NCBI GenBank assembly: GCA_047601445.1 | Contig: JASGJH010000001.1 | Location: 5,408,001 to 5,472,000, forward strand | Direction of reading: 5' to 3' | Length of the DNA stretch: 64,000 nt | Origin: Myxococcales bacterium | GTDB taxonomy: Bacteria > Myxococcota_A > Polyangia > Polyangiales > DASUME01 | Shown here: piece by piece, positions 10,090 to 20,100 of the stretch | How the letters are laid out: each line of letters begins with the position of its first letter | How positions within the stretch are numbered: the stretch's first letter is position 1 | Position numbers and translations under genes: made by a program | The notes under the pieces: generated by a model | What the model was told of the DNA's origin: nothing | Databases searched by the model: none | The model's input: the letters and a program-made list of their open reading frames with translations, nothing else

Positions 10090-11787
10090 ATGGACAACAT
10101 GTTGGACATTTCGAGGGAGGCATTTCCCAATCCCGCGCTGACGCGCCTGAGCTCCGTCTTGCACGAGAGCGAATCGGCGACCCAACGCGGCATAGACCGG
10201 GCCTTTCCGGCCTCGCTCACCGGTCTCGCCGAGCACGCCAAGCGCGGGCACAACGCGGAAGAGATGCTCGGTCATTTCCAGAAGGGCGACTATCCGCACC
10301 TCACGCCCGCGGAGATCACACCGCTCGTGCATGACCCCGTACAGACGGCGAAATGCGCCGCCTCGGGCGAAGGCTATCTGGCGCAGATCTTCGGGTCGAA
10401 GCTGGATCAAGTCGTGGACATGGTGGCCCATCAAGCGGGCGTGAGCCGTACCTCGGCCCATGTGATCCTGGGGCTCTCGGCGCCGCTCTTGCTCGATGCG
10501 CTGGAGAAAGAGAGCTCGATTCGACAGCTCGACGCGGAGGGCCTCTCGCGTTTCCTGAGCGACCAGGAGGAGCACGCCCATAGCCTGCTGCCCGGCATCG
10601 TCGACGGCGCGGCGAGCGCGGCGGCGGGCAAGCCCATGCGCATCCAGCCCGGCACCGACGTGGCAGAGAAGCCCCTGTTCGCGCAGGGACCGGGGGCGAT
10701 GGCGTACTCGAGCACGGCGGCGGCCGTGAGCGGTGGCATCCCGGTGGCGGGCTTGCACGTGCATGCGCGCGGGCAGACACCCACCCTGGACGAGGGCGTC
10801 GAGGAGAGCTTTCAAGAGCCCAGCAAGCTCACACGCGGCTTGTTGTGGCTGGTGGGAGCACTCGCGCTGATCGCGCTGATCAGCTGGGGCCTCATGCGGC
10901 TCGCGCCACGACCACAGGTACCGGCAGTCCCGCAGCTACCGGATAACGTCGGCACCAGCGAGCCCGCCCGGGACCGCGGAGCCTCGGTCGACACGAGCTT
11001 GCCGGGCGGTGTGGGCATGGCGATGCCGAGCCCGATGCCAGCGCCCAGCGAGGCAGCCAGCGAGGCGGCCATCAGTGCGTCGAAGCCTGCGGCGATGCCC
11101 GCTCCTCAAAACCGGCCACACACGCCCGCCATGCCCGCGACGCCCGCGCCCAACGTGACGGGGGGCGTGACCACGAGCGCCGAGACCGGCACGGGCCGTC
11201 AGCCGCGGCTGGCTGGCGATGAAGCCGTGCGCGCGCTGAAGAAGAACGAGCCGCTCGGTCCGCGCGCAGACGCCGTCTCTACAGTGTCGCCGCCCGACAG
11301 CGAAACCGGCGTGGCCTCACTCGGCGTGCTGGAGAAGGAAGCGACCCCGGCCATCGTCGATCCGCCCAAGCAAGTCGAGGGCATCGTCGAGACCCAGCGC
11401 ACCAACGTGTCGCAGGCCCGGAGCGCGCGGAAGCTGCCGGCGTACTTCGTGGGCGGCGCGCTGCCCCCGCAGCGCTTCATCGTCAAGGACCTCGAGTTCG
11501 CCGAGGGTTCGGCGGAGCTCCCGCACGATAACAAGACACTCGACCGCACGGCGCGAACCCTGCGCGAGCAGCCGGGTGCGAACGTGGTGATCGAGGGCTA
11601 CGCCGACGATCCCACGAGCGCCGAACACACCGCCGAGCTTTCCCTGGAGCGCGCCGAGTCGGTGAAGGACTACTTGGTGGAGCACGGCGTGCCCGAGCAT
11701 CAGCTGGAGGCAGTGGGCATGCGTGACGCCCGCCGCGACATGGGACTGCACGATCGACGCGTGGAACTCGTAGTGCTGACACGCTGA
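10090..11787 (+). CDS. DUF937-like N-terminal domain + TM + Pro/Ala linker + C-terminal OmpA-like domain
   Basis: N-terminal helical region typical of DUF937/YidB-OmpA proteins (LAQIFGSKLDQV...AGVS); TM LLWLVGALALIALISWGL; C-terminal VIEGYAD...LSLERAESVKDYL...RRVEL. Confidence 0.8.
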   Translation: MDNMLDISREAFPNPALTRLSSVLHESESATQRGIDRAFPASLTGLAEHAKRGHNAEEMLGHFQKGDYPHLTPAEITPLVHDPVQTAKCAASGEGYLAQIFGSKLDQVVDMVAHQAGVSRTSAHVILGLSAPLLLDALEKESSIRQLDAEGLSRFLSDQEEHAHSLLPGIVDGAASAAAGKPMRIQPGTDVAEKPLFAQGPGAMAYSSTAAAVSGGIPVAGLHVHARGQTPTLDEGVEESFQEPSKLTRGLLWLVGALALIALISWGLMRLAPRPQVPAVPQLPDNVGTSEPARDRGASVDTSLPGGVGMAMPSPMPAPSEAASEAAISASKPAAMPAPQNRPHTPAMPATPAPNVTGGVTTSAETGTGRQPRLAGDEAVRALKKNEPLGPRADAVSTVSPPDSETGVASLGVLEKEATPAIVDPPKQVEGIVETQRTNVSQARSARKLPAYFVGGALPPQRFIVKDLEFAEGSAELPHDNKTLDRTARTLREQPGANVVIEGYADDPTSAEHTAELSLERAESVKDYLVEHGVPEHQLEAVGMRDARRDMGLHDRRVELVVLTR

Positions 11788-11801
11788 AGCGGAGGAGAGA
11801 A

Positions 11802-12411
11802 CTACTCGAGAGTGTCGAGCAACTCCTGGGCATGCTGTTCCTGCAGGATCAGTGTGTCCCGGAGGCGCGCCAGCTCCTTCGCCTCGTCCACTGCATTGCG
11901 CGGAGTGACTTGCGTGTCGAGCAACTCTGCTAGCTCGCCGTGGAGCGCCATCACGGCGTAGAGAAAGCTCCGATTCGATCTGGGTTGGATCAATCGACTT
12001 CAAGTTGAGGACATGCTCTTGCCCGCGGGCCCGCACATGTTCGAACGCTGCCGACTCCTCGTGCGACTTCGTGCAGTTTCTTTCCAAGCTGTCGTGGACC
12101 GCCGTCAGCTCCGCGAGCGACCTGCGAGCCAGGTTGACGACCTCGGTGTGGCGTCCGAGCCGAGCTCCGATGAGCGCCGTCCGTTCTGCCACAGCTTCGG
12201 CCTCGAAGAGCAGGCCGGCAATTTCAGAGGGACGAGAAAGTGGACGGCGCAAAATGCCGTTCAATCGTGCCTCCCCTGCTTCTGCCGAGCTGAGTTCGGT
12301 GGAAAGTGATTCGGCTGGTGGGTCAGCACACGCTACCAACGACCAAGCCGCGACTGCGTACGCAAAGCGCCGCGCACAAAACTGCCTCAAATCCCCCATG
12401 AACCCAGGCAA
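11802..12411 (-). pseudogene. Frameshifted DUF4142-like lipoprotein (or sequencing error)
   Basis: The frame with the lipobox (SLVAC) continues in another frame near 11974-11975. Removing one base gives ...IDPTQIDRSFLYAVMALHGELAELLDTQV...LRDTLILQEQHAQELL, a DUF4142-like pattern. Confidence 0.55.
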
Positions 12412-12595
12412 ACTGCAAACGACAAGCCACGCCGAAAATCAGCCCGCTACGAAAAGCCCGGCAAAATCTCCCTGAATCGCCGGCTGACTCGCGGCGGCGC
12501 GAACCGGGTAGCGGCGTTGTCCCAGTGTCTGGGATGTTTCCAAGACGTCTCTGGCAAGCAAGGAATTATCGAAGCTGTCGCTTCGTGCTCCTCAA

Positions 12596-13672
12596 ATGCC
12601 CGAAGATCTGGAATATCTCCAGGAAGAGGACCGCGTGAAGATTCTGCAGTTCCCTTCCAAGGCCCAGGCCCGCGCGCGCAGTCGCTCGCAAGAGCCCCCT
12701 CCAATCGACCTGAGCCTGCAAACCCGCGTCATTCATGGCTACAAGCGAGCCTTCATCCACGTGGGCAAGGGACCGGCCCTCCTGCTGATCCACGGCATCG
12801 GCGACAGCTCCGATACCTTCCGGGAGATCATCCCGTGGTTGGCCCGCGACTTCACCGTGGTGGCGCCCGACCTGCTCGGCCACGGCCGCTCCGACAAGCC
12901 GCGCGCGGACTACTCGGTCGCCGGCTACGCCAACGCCATGCGCGATTTGCTGAGCGTCATCGGCATCGATCGCGTGACGGTGGTGGGCCACTCGCTGGGC
13001 GGCGGCGTGGCCATGCAATTTGCCTATCAGTACCCGGAGCGCTGCGAGCGGCTGGTATTGGTGAGCTCGGGCGGCGTCTCCCAGGAGGTGCATCCTCTCT
13101 TGCGGCTGGGAACGGCGCCGGGTGCCAGCCTCGTGCTGCCTCTATTGACGTCGCGCCTGGTGAAGCTCGGGGGTAGCGGGCTCTTCCGCGTGCTCGAGGC
13201 GCTCGACACCGACGTGGGCCGCGACGCCGACGACTGGATGCGCGTGTTCGACGCGTTGCCCGATGCCACTTCGCGGCGAGCCTTTGTGCGCACGCTGCGC
13301 GCCGTGGTGGACTATCGCGGGCAGGTCATCACGATGCTCGACCGTTGCTACCTCACGCGCGGCATGCCGACGCTGTTGGTCTGGGGCGCGCGCGACGGCG
13401 TGATCCCCTTCGAGCACGCGCGCATCGCCCACGCCGCCATGCCCGGCAGTCGCCTCGAAGTGTTCAGCCAGGCCGGACACTTCCCGCACCACAGCGACCA
13501 GGCGCGCTTTCTCTCCGTGGTGCGCGACTTTGTCGCGAGCACCCAGCCCGCGAATTACGCCGCCGAGGAATGGCGCGAGCTGCTGCGGCGCGGACGGCCC
13601 CAGGGCCAGCAGACCCCCGGCGCTGAGCTCGCAGAACAGACCCTGGCCAGCAGCGTGGGCAGCGGAACGTAA
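12596..13672 (+). CDS. Alpha/beta fold hydrolase
   Basis: LIHGIG, DLLGHGRS, nucleophile GHSLGGG, WGARDGVIP, AGHFPH. Confidence 0.93.
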   Translation: MPEDLEYLQEEDRVKILQFPSKAQARARSRSQEPPPIDLSLQTRVIHGYKRAFIHVGKGPALLLIHGIGDSSDTFREIIPWLARDFTVVAPDLLGHGRSDKPRADYSVAGYANAMRDLLSVIGIDRVTVVGHSLGGGVAMQFAYQYPERCERLVLVSSGGVSQEVHPLLRLGTAPGASLVLPLLTSRLVKLGGSGLFRVLEALDTDVGRDADDWMRVFDALPDATSRRAFVRTLRAVVDYRGQVITMLDRCYLTRGMPTLLVWGARDGVIPFEHARIAHAAMPGSRLEVFSQAGHFPHHSDQARFLSVVRDFVASTQPANYAAEEWRELLRRGRPQGQQTPGAELAEQTLASSVGSGT

Positions 13673-13676
13673 TTAT

Positions 13677-13797
13677 CGGGAGGGCACGCGACTTCCCCGC
13701 CCGTCGCGGCAAAGCCGCGCTGGGACCCACCCCACCGCGGGGTTCGCTTTGCTCAGGGCGTCGGGGCCCACCCCATCGCGGGTTCGCTTCGCTCACG
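13677..13797 (+). repeat. Dispersed REP-like repeat family 1 (one full copy plus a partial 3' duplicate)
   Basis: CGGGAGGGCACGCG...CCGTCGCGGCAAAGCCGCG.TGGGACCCACCCCACCGCGGGGTTCGCTTTGCTCA; related to copies at 23753, 27057, 27706 and 27809. Confidence 0.8.
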
Positions 13798-13950
13798 GTA
13801 TGCCCGCCCACGATTAGGTACCTGAGGTCACAAAAGGGGGCCTGGCTGCCAACCGCCCGGGCCGCGCCGGGTACCGAAAAGGCGCTATCCTCCGGCCCGA
13901 TTTTCCTGGCGCGCGCCCCCGCGCGCTTCGAATGGCAGGAGACACCGCAC

Positions 13951-14583
13951 GTGACCAACGATCCTATCGAGTTTGTGAGCGAAGCCGTTCCGGGCCTGTT
14001 CAACGCCGGAGCCAAAGAGATGAAGGCCGCGGCGGATCAAGGCGACGCAGACGCCAAGCGTCGCGTCTCGGAGCTCCAGGCCACCACGCGCGCCGTGCGC
14101 GTAGCGCTGGAGGGCAAGGGCGGCGGCGACGTGTACCTGCTGATCAAGGGAGGCGAGATGACCTCCTCCAAGTCGGCGCCGAGCGAAGCGGTGACGCTGA
14201 CCATCGCGGCCCCCGCCGAAGCCCTCGAGATCGCGCTCGACGAGATGGGTGAGGAAATCGAGAAGGGCTTCAGCAAGGGCCCCAAGCGTCTGGCGCGTCT
14301 GTCGGCCAATCGGGTCACTGCCTTCATCGACCGGCTCGTGGGTGAGAAGCTCAAGCTTCACTACGTGGTCAAAGACACGCCCGACTTCGACGAAGTACGG
14401 GTGAAGATCGGCTTCGGCGCGGAGCTGGCGGAGAAACCCCTGTTCACGGTGGCCGTCGACTACGATACGCTCGAAGAGATCCGTGAGCGCAAGCTCAAGC
14501 CCCAGGCGTTGATGGGCCGGCTGCAAATCACGGGCGACGCGGCCCGCGCGATGCAACTGGGCATGGAGCTGATGCAGAGGTGA
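13951..14583 (+). CDS. Hypothetical protein with SCP2-like (sterol/lipid-binding) segments
   Basis: GTG start after AGGAG. C-terminal FTVAVDYDTLEEI...LKPQALMGRLQITGDAARAMQL matches the SCP2 pattern; the N-terminal half (GKGGGDVYLLIKGG...VTLTI) resembles a second SCP2-like unit. Confidence 0.6.
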   Translation: MTNDPIEFVSEAVPGLFNAGAKEMKAAADQGDADAKRRVSELQATTRAVRVALEGKGGGDVYLLIKGGEMTSSKSAPSEAVTLTIAAPAEALEIALDEMGEEIEKGFSKGPKRLARLSANRVTAFIDRLVGEKLKLHYVVKDTPDFDEVRVKIGFGAELAEKPLFTVAVDYDTLEEIRERKLKPQALMGRLQITGDAARAMQLGMELMQR

Positions 14584-15719
14584 TTCGTTTGGCTGGTCAT
14601 CGTTCGAGTTGGGGCGGCCGCACCTTGGGCTCGCCCCTTCTGCTTTTGCTGACCAGCCTCACGGCTGCCTGCAGCGTCGACTTTGCGGGCGTGCAGCAGG
14701 ACCCAGGCAGCACGCTCGGCGACGGTGATGGAGATGGAGACGGCGACGGTGATGGAGACGGCGATGAGCCCGGCTCCGACGGCGATGGCCCGGTCCACCC
14801 TAACCCGGGCGATGGAGACGGCGATGGCGATGGGGACCAACCAACCCCGCCCGACCCAAAGAGCTGCGATGGCAAGGCCAGCGGCTCGGTCGAGATGCGC
14901 CAGCGCTACTCCCAGGCCGTGGTCGATGACTACCACAAGTGCAGCGCCGAGAATCAGACGCGCACTTGTAGCGATGGCACCTGGAGCGCGTGGACGGGGC
15001 AGGCCCAGGCCAGCACCTGCGCCGTAACAGCCCAAGGCGTGTGTCGCGCGGATATTCCTTGCAGTAGCGGCACCTGCACGCCGAGCGCGGCGAACCCTCT
15101 GATCTCGCGCTGCCTGCTCGAGAGCGGGGCGAGCTGCAACGGCAACGAAGAGTGCGTGGAGGCGTGCATCGACGGCAAGTGCGCCGAGCACGCAAGCGCC
15201 GGTGGAGCGTGCGACGAGTCCGACGACTGCGCGAACCTGGCTTGCGTGGGCGGCGGCTTCGGCAGCGCTAGCTGCGTGTCCGAGCTGTGTATCTGCCCCT
15301 CGGGCAGCTACTGCATGCAGAACGCCCAATGCGAGGGCACCTGCGTGAACAATCAATGCGCGGAGCTCAACACGGGCTGCGACTTCGGGGACCAGGCCGA
15401 CTGCGCCAGCAACGCCGTGTGCACCGCGGGCGACTGTCTCTTGAAGAATGGTGAGGCCTGCGCCGAGAACGACGCCTGCCAGCACACCTGCATCGGCGCG
15501 CTCTGCAGCGAGCTCTCGGGCTTCAATGGCGCCTGCGACGACGCCGCGGATTGCAAGTTCGGCTTCACCTGCGGGGGCCCGGCGCAGGCGCGCAAGTGCC
15601 TGAAGCCCGCGGGCACCAGCTGCACCACGGAGGCCGAGTGCGCGAGCGCGAGCTGTGCTTGCACCAGCTCGAGCGGGCCTGGACCTGGTTGTATGGGCTC
15701 CAAGGTCTGCGGCGGGTAA
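14580..15719 (+). CDS. Cys-rich lipoprotein with (GD)n linker
   Basis: Lipobox LTAAC, two GDGDGD runs, then repeated Cys modules of the type GxxCxxxxxCxxxC. Start uncertain. Confidence 0.8.
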   Translation: MIRLAGHRSSWGGRTLGSPLLLLLTSLTAACSVDFAGVQQDPGSTLGDGDGDGDGDGDGDGDEPGSDGDGPVHPNPGDGDGDGDGDQPTPPDPKSCDGKASGSVEMRQRYSQAVVDDYHKCSAENQTRTCSDGTWSAWTGQAQASTCAVTAQGVCRADIPCSSGTCTPSAANPLISRCLLESGASCNGNEECVEACIDGKCAEHASAGGACDESDDCANLACVGGGFGSASCVSELCICPSGSYCMQNAQCEGTCVNNQCAELNTGCDFGDQADCASNAVCTAGDCLLKNGEACAENDACQHTCIGALCSELSGFNGACDDAADCKFGFTCGGPAQARKCLKPAGTSCTTEAECASASCACTSSSGPGPGCMGSKVCGG

Positions 15720-15761
15720 TGCTCGGGCGCGCCGTTCTCTGCTAAAGCACGCTCACCGAGA

Positions 15762-16292
15762 ATGCCCACTTCGTCCACGAAAACTCCCGCCCGGCGCCTG
15801 CCGGTGGTGCCTGCAGAGCGTGCCCCGGTCGGCTGCTTGACCTGCGCTCTGTGCTGCTCCTACATCGCCGTCGAGATCGACGGGCCGAGCAGCGTGAAGA
15901 GCGCCACCGAAATTCTGTGGCACCTCTACCATCATCAGGTCAGCGTCTACCGCGACACCGACGACGAGTGGGTGGTGCAGTTCGAGACGCGTTGCCGTCA
16001 TCTCTTGCCCGACAACAAGTGCGGCATCTACGAGACACGGCCGCACATTTGCCGGGAGTACTCGGAGCAGAGCTGTGAAGTTAACGCCGAGGACGAGGGC
16101 ACGACCTTCTACACGCCGGAGGCCTTCCTCACCTACCTGCAGGGTCGCAGCAAGCGCATCTACGCGGCGGTCGCCAAGGGCTTCATGCCCGGGCCCGAGC
16201 ACCTCGGCGCCGTGCGAAAGCTCCCGCCGGCCCCCAAACGGAGCTTCCAGCAGCGCGTGCACGAGCTGCGCGCACGCGGTCTCCCGAAGTAA
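15762..16292 (+). CDS. YkgJ family CxxCxxCC cysteine-cluster protein
   Basis: CLTCALCC ... CRHL...NKCGIYETRPHICREY. Confidence 0.9.
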   Translation: MPTSSTKTPARRLPVVPAERAPVGCLTCALCCSYIAVEIDGPSSVKSATEILWHLYHHQVSVYRDTDDEWVVQFETRCRHLLPDNKCGIYETRPHICREYSEQSCEVNAEDEGTTFYTPEAFLTYLQGRSKRIYAAVAKGFMPGPEHLGAVRKLPPAPKRSFQQRVHELRARGLPK

Positions 16293-16521
16293 GCACCAGC
16301 AATGGATGCGCTAGGTGCGTGCCTTCGACGCTCTTCGGCGCACGCTCGGTGGGCAAGGCGACCAAGCTGACCCGCTGGGGCATCCCTGCGCTTCCCGATA
16401 GACGTGTCCGTATCGCTCAGCGGATTAGCCGACGCGCTCGAGCGCCTGGATTTCGGCTGATTCGGACGTTCCACACTCGGGGGCACGGTTCTCGCAAAAG
16501 CTCTGAGCAGGAGAGCCGAGC

Positions 16522-17061
16522 ATGCCCACACAAACGTTCCGGATCGACCTAGAAAACATCAAGAAGCGCGCACGCGAGCACATGGCAGAGGGCGCCGTGA
16601 CCGAGTCTTACGGGGCCGACCGCCAGCAGGTGCTGAAGGTGCTCAATGAAGTCTTGGCCACGGAGATCGTGTGCACGTTGCGCTACCGCAACAACTACCT
16701 CGTCGCCCAAGGCATCCATGCGGAGTCGGTGGCCGCGGAGTTCAAGCAGCACGCCATGGAAGAGCAGGATCACGCCGACCGCGTGGCCGCTCGCATCGTG
16801 CAGCTCGGGGGGGAACCGGACATGAACCCGGCCAACCTGATGACGCGTTCTCACAGTGAATACAAGACGTCCCAGAGCTTGGTGGAGATGCTGCAGGAGA
16901 ATCTGGTGGCCGAGCGCGTGGCCGTTTCCACCTACTCGGAGATCGTGCGCTGGCTGGGCACGGGAGACACCACGTCGCGTCGACTCATGGAAGACCTGCT
17001 CGAGAAGGAAGAAGAGCACGCGGACGACTTGGCGAGTCTGTTGCACAGCCACTCCGACTGA
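16522..17061 (+). CDS. Ferritin-like (bacterioferritin/DPS-like) protein
   Basis: LATEIVCTLRY, EEQDHADRVAARIVQLGGEP, LVAERVA, EEEHADDL; AGGAG RBS. Confidence 0.9.
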   Translation: MPTQTFRIDLENIKKRAREHMAEGAVTESYGADRQQVLKVLNEVLATEIVCTLRYRNNYLVAQGIHAESVAAEFKQHAMEEQDHADRVAARIVQLGGEPDMNPANLMTRSHSEYKTSQSLVEMLQENLVAERVAVSTYSEIVRWLGTGDTTSRRLMEDLLEKEEEHADDLASLLHSHSD

Positions 17062-17173
17062 GCCTCGCTCGGCTCCTTGCCGCCCGTGCGTGCTTACTCC
17101 GCGCGGGACCCACACCGGAGCCCATTACTCCCATTGAGGAATTGCCGCAGGCGGGCGCACAATTGACCTCTTT

Positions 17174-20100
17174 TTGGGAGGAAGCGTCGTGGACGGTTCG
17201 TCCGCCTCCGCGCGGCAAGGTCGAGTGAGCATCGAGGCTGGAGAGGTCCTGGGGGGCCGCTATCGAGTCGAGCGGCTCTTGGGCGAGGGCGGCATGGCCG
17301 CCGTCTACGCGGTGATCGACGCGGCCAACGGCGAGCGCAAGGCGCTGAAGCTGTTGACCGCGCAAGCCAAGCACCAGATGGGCGCGCTCTTCGAGCGCGA
17401 GTACCGCACACTCTCGGGGCTCCGTCATCGCGGCATCGTCGAAGTGTTCGAGTACGGCATCGAAGGCGGGCGCCCGTTCTACACGATGGAGCTGCTCGAG
17501 GGACAGGAGCTGACGAAGCTCGCGCCGCTTCCCTGGCGTGAGGCCTGCACCTGCGTGCGCGACATCGCCGCCATCCTCGGGCTCTTGCACGCTCGGGGAC
17601 TGATCCACCGCGACCTCAGTCCGCGCAACCTGTTCCGCTGCGTGGACGGTCGCGTCAAGCTGCTGGACTTCGGCGCGCTGGCCGCAGTCGGAGAGGTGAC
17701 CGAGATCGTCGGCACAGCGCCCTTCCTGCCGCCCGAGGCGCTCGACAAGCGCGCGCTCGACGGGCGCGCCGATCTGTACTCGCTGGGCGCACTGGCCTAC
17801 TGGCTGCTGACCGGCGTGCACGCCTACCCCGCGAAGAACTTCGCCGAGCTGCCGCGTCTGTGGCAGCACGAGACGCCGCTCGTGAACAGCATGCTCAAGC
17901 TGCTCAAGCAGGAAGGCGCCGAGGTTCCGGCCGAGCTCGAGATCCTGGTCCAATCCATGTTGCGGCTGGATCCCACCGAGCGCCCCGCCGACACCGCCGA
18001 GGTAATCGCGCGTCTGACGGGCGTAGCGGGCCTGGATCCCGAAGGCCGAGACGAGGCGGCGCAGGGCTATCTCGACAGCAAAGTCTTCGTGGGGCGCGAG
18101 CGCGAGCGCGAACGCTTCGCTCAGAAGCTGGCGAGTGCCCAGCAGGGCAACGCCACCACGCTCTTCGTGGAGGGCACGGAAGGCGTGGGCCGCTCACGTT
18201 TGCTCGAAGAGCTCACCGTGATGGCGCGTGTAGCGGGCAGCGTGGTGCTGCGCGCCCAGGGCTCGAGCGAGAGTCATGCCTATGGGCTCGCGAGCAACCT
18301 CGCGTGCGCGCTGCTGCAGGCCTTGCCGGAAGACGCCCTGGAGCTGGCGCAACCCCACGCGGACGCGCTGACGCAGTTATCCCCCGAGCTCAGGCGCGCG
18401 CTCGGACGCGCGACGCCGGCGGCAGGGCTGAGCGACGTACGCGAAGATCGTCTGCGCAAACAGGCGGCGCTGCACGGCTGGTTCGTCGAGGTCAGCCAGC
18501 GCAAGTCGCTGGCTATCATGGTGGACGATCTCCCGCTCGCAGACGAAGAGTCCCAGGCGTTCTTGGCGACGCTCGCCCACGCCGGCAAGGGCCCGCGCTT
18601 GCTGGTGACGGTCACCGCGGCGACCGGGACCTCGCAACGACTGTCGAGCGCGGCGCAGAGCATGCGCGGCGAAGCCACCCGTCTCTGGCTGTTGCCACTG
18701 ACCGCGCCGGAGACGCGCCTCTTGTTGCGCTCGGTGTTCGGGGAGACGCGCTACCTCGATCGCATGGCCGAGCGCCTGCACAAGCTCTCGGAGGGCAACC
18801 CTCGCTATTGCCTCGAGCTGGCCCGCAACCTCGTGCGCTCGGGAACGGTGCGTTACGCGGACGGTATGTGGGCGTTGCCGAGCGACATCAGCGCGGACGA
18901 TCTCCCGAAGAGCCTCGAGGCCAGCGTACTCTCGCGCCTCGATCGGCTGTCCCCCGAAGCCCGCGATCTGGCTCGGCTCGCGAGCGTGCCCGACAACGGC
19001 TTTCTCACGCCGGCCCTGTTCGGAGGCCTCACGCAGGACTCATCGGGCACGCTCGAGGCGGCGCTCTCGGAGCTGGTGGAAACGCAGGTGCTGCGCAACG
19101 CCTCGGGCAAGTACCGCTTCGCGCACCCGCTCCTGCGCGACCACTTGCACGCCGAGCTCCCCGACGCCGAGCGTCGCCGAGTGCACCTGGCCTTGGGCGC
19201 CGCGCTCGCCAGTGGCGCAGCAGGGGACGACGTTCAGCAGCTGCGCGCGAGCCTCCATTTTTTGCGCGCGGGGGATGTGGCGCGTGGCGAGGCGCTGCTG
19301 CTCGAGTGCGGCAACCGCATGCTCGATCGCGGGGTGGAGTCGGTCGGAGAGGCCGCTCCCATGTTCGACGAAGCGGTCACGCTGCTCGACGGGCTCGGGC
19401 GCGACAAATACTCCCTGATTATCCCGCTCTCGATGCTGTCGTTCGCGGGCTACTTCGCCGACCGCCGCTACGGCATGCGGCACGGTGAGCGGGCGCTCTC
19501 GTTGCTCCAGGACGTCTTGCGCATGAACCTGGCGCGCAAGCTGCGCCGCTTCCTCGGCGCACGCATCGCCTTGCTGGTGTCGCTGGTGGTGGCGGGCATC
19601 GGTCTGCGCCGAGCCAAGTTGCGCGCCCCCAACGTCACGATGACGGTGCGCTGCCTGCTGTCGGCGGCCTCGACCCTGGCCGGCATGACGGCCATCGCGA
19701 TCGACCCGCGTAGCACCCATCGCCACGCAGCGGTCATCGAGCCGTTGACCGCGCTGGGTCCACAACACGCCGCCACCTTCTTGCATCGCTTCTGTCTCGC
19801 GCTGGCCATGGGCGTAGAGGACCGCCCCGCCGAGTCGGTGCGCGCGCTGAAGTCGCTGATCGAGTGGCTCGAGAGCGACCAGCCGATCCACAACATGCCT
19901 GCCCCCGCGCGCCGCAACTACCTGGCCGGCTCGCTCTTCACGCTCGGCATCCGTGCTTGCTGGAAGGACGGTAACGAGGGCCTCGCGGCAGCCGAGAAGC
20001 TCGAGCAGTTCGGACCGCTCTACGCCATGTACGCGGACCAGCTGCGGGCCATCTACTACTCCAACGTGGGAGATCTCGAGCGTTCCCAGCACTATCGCAA

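Noticed and set aside
14718..14836. GGCGAC/GGAGAT microsatellite as a contingency locus
   Set aside because: In-frame, synonymously varied (GD)n linker typical of myxobacterial lipoproteins.
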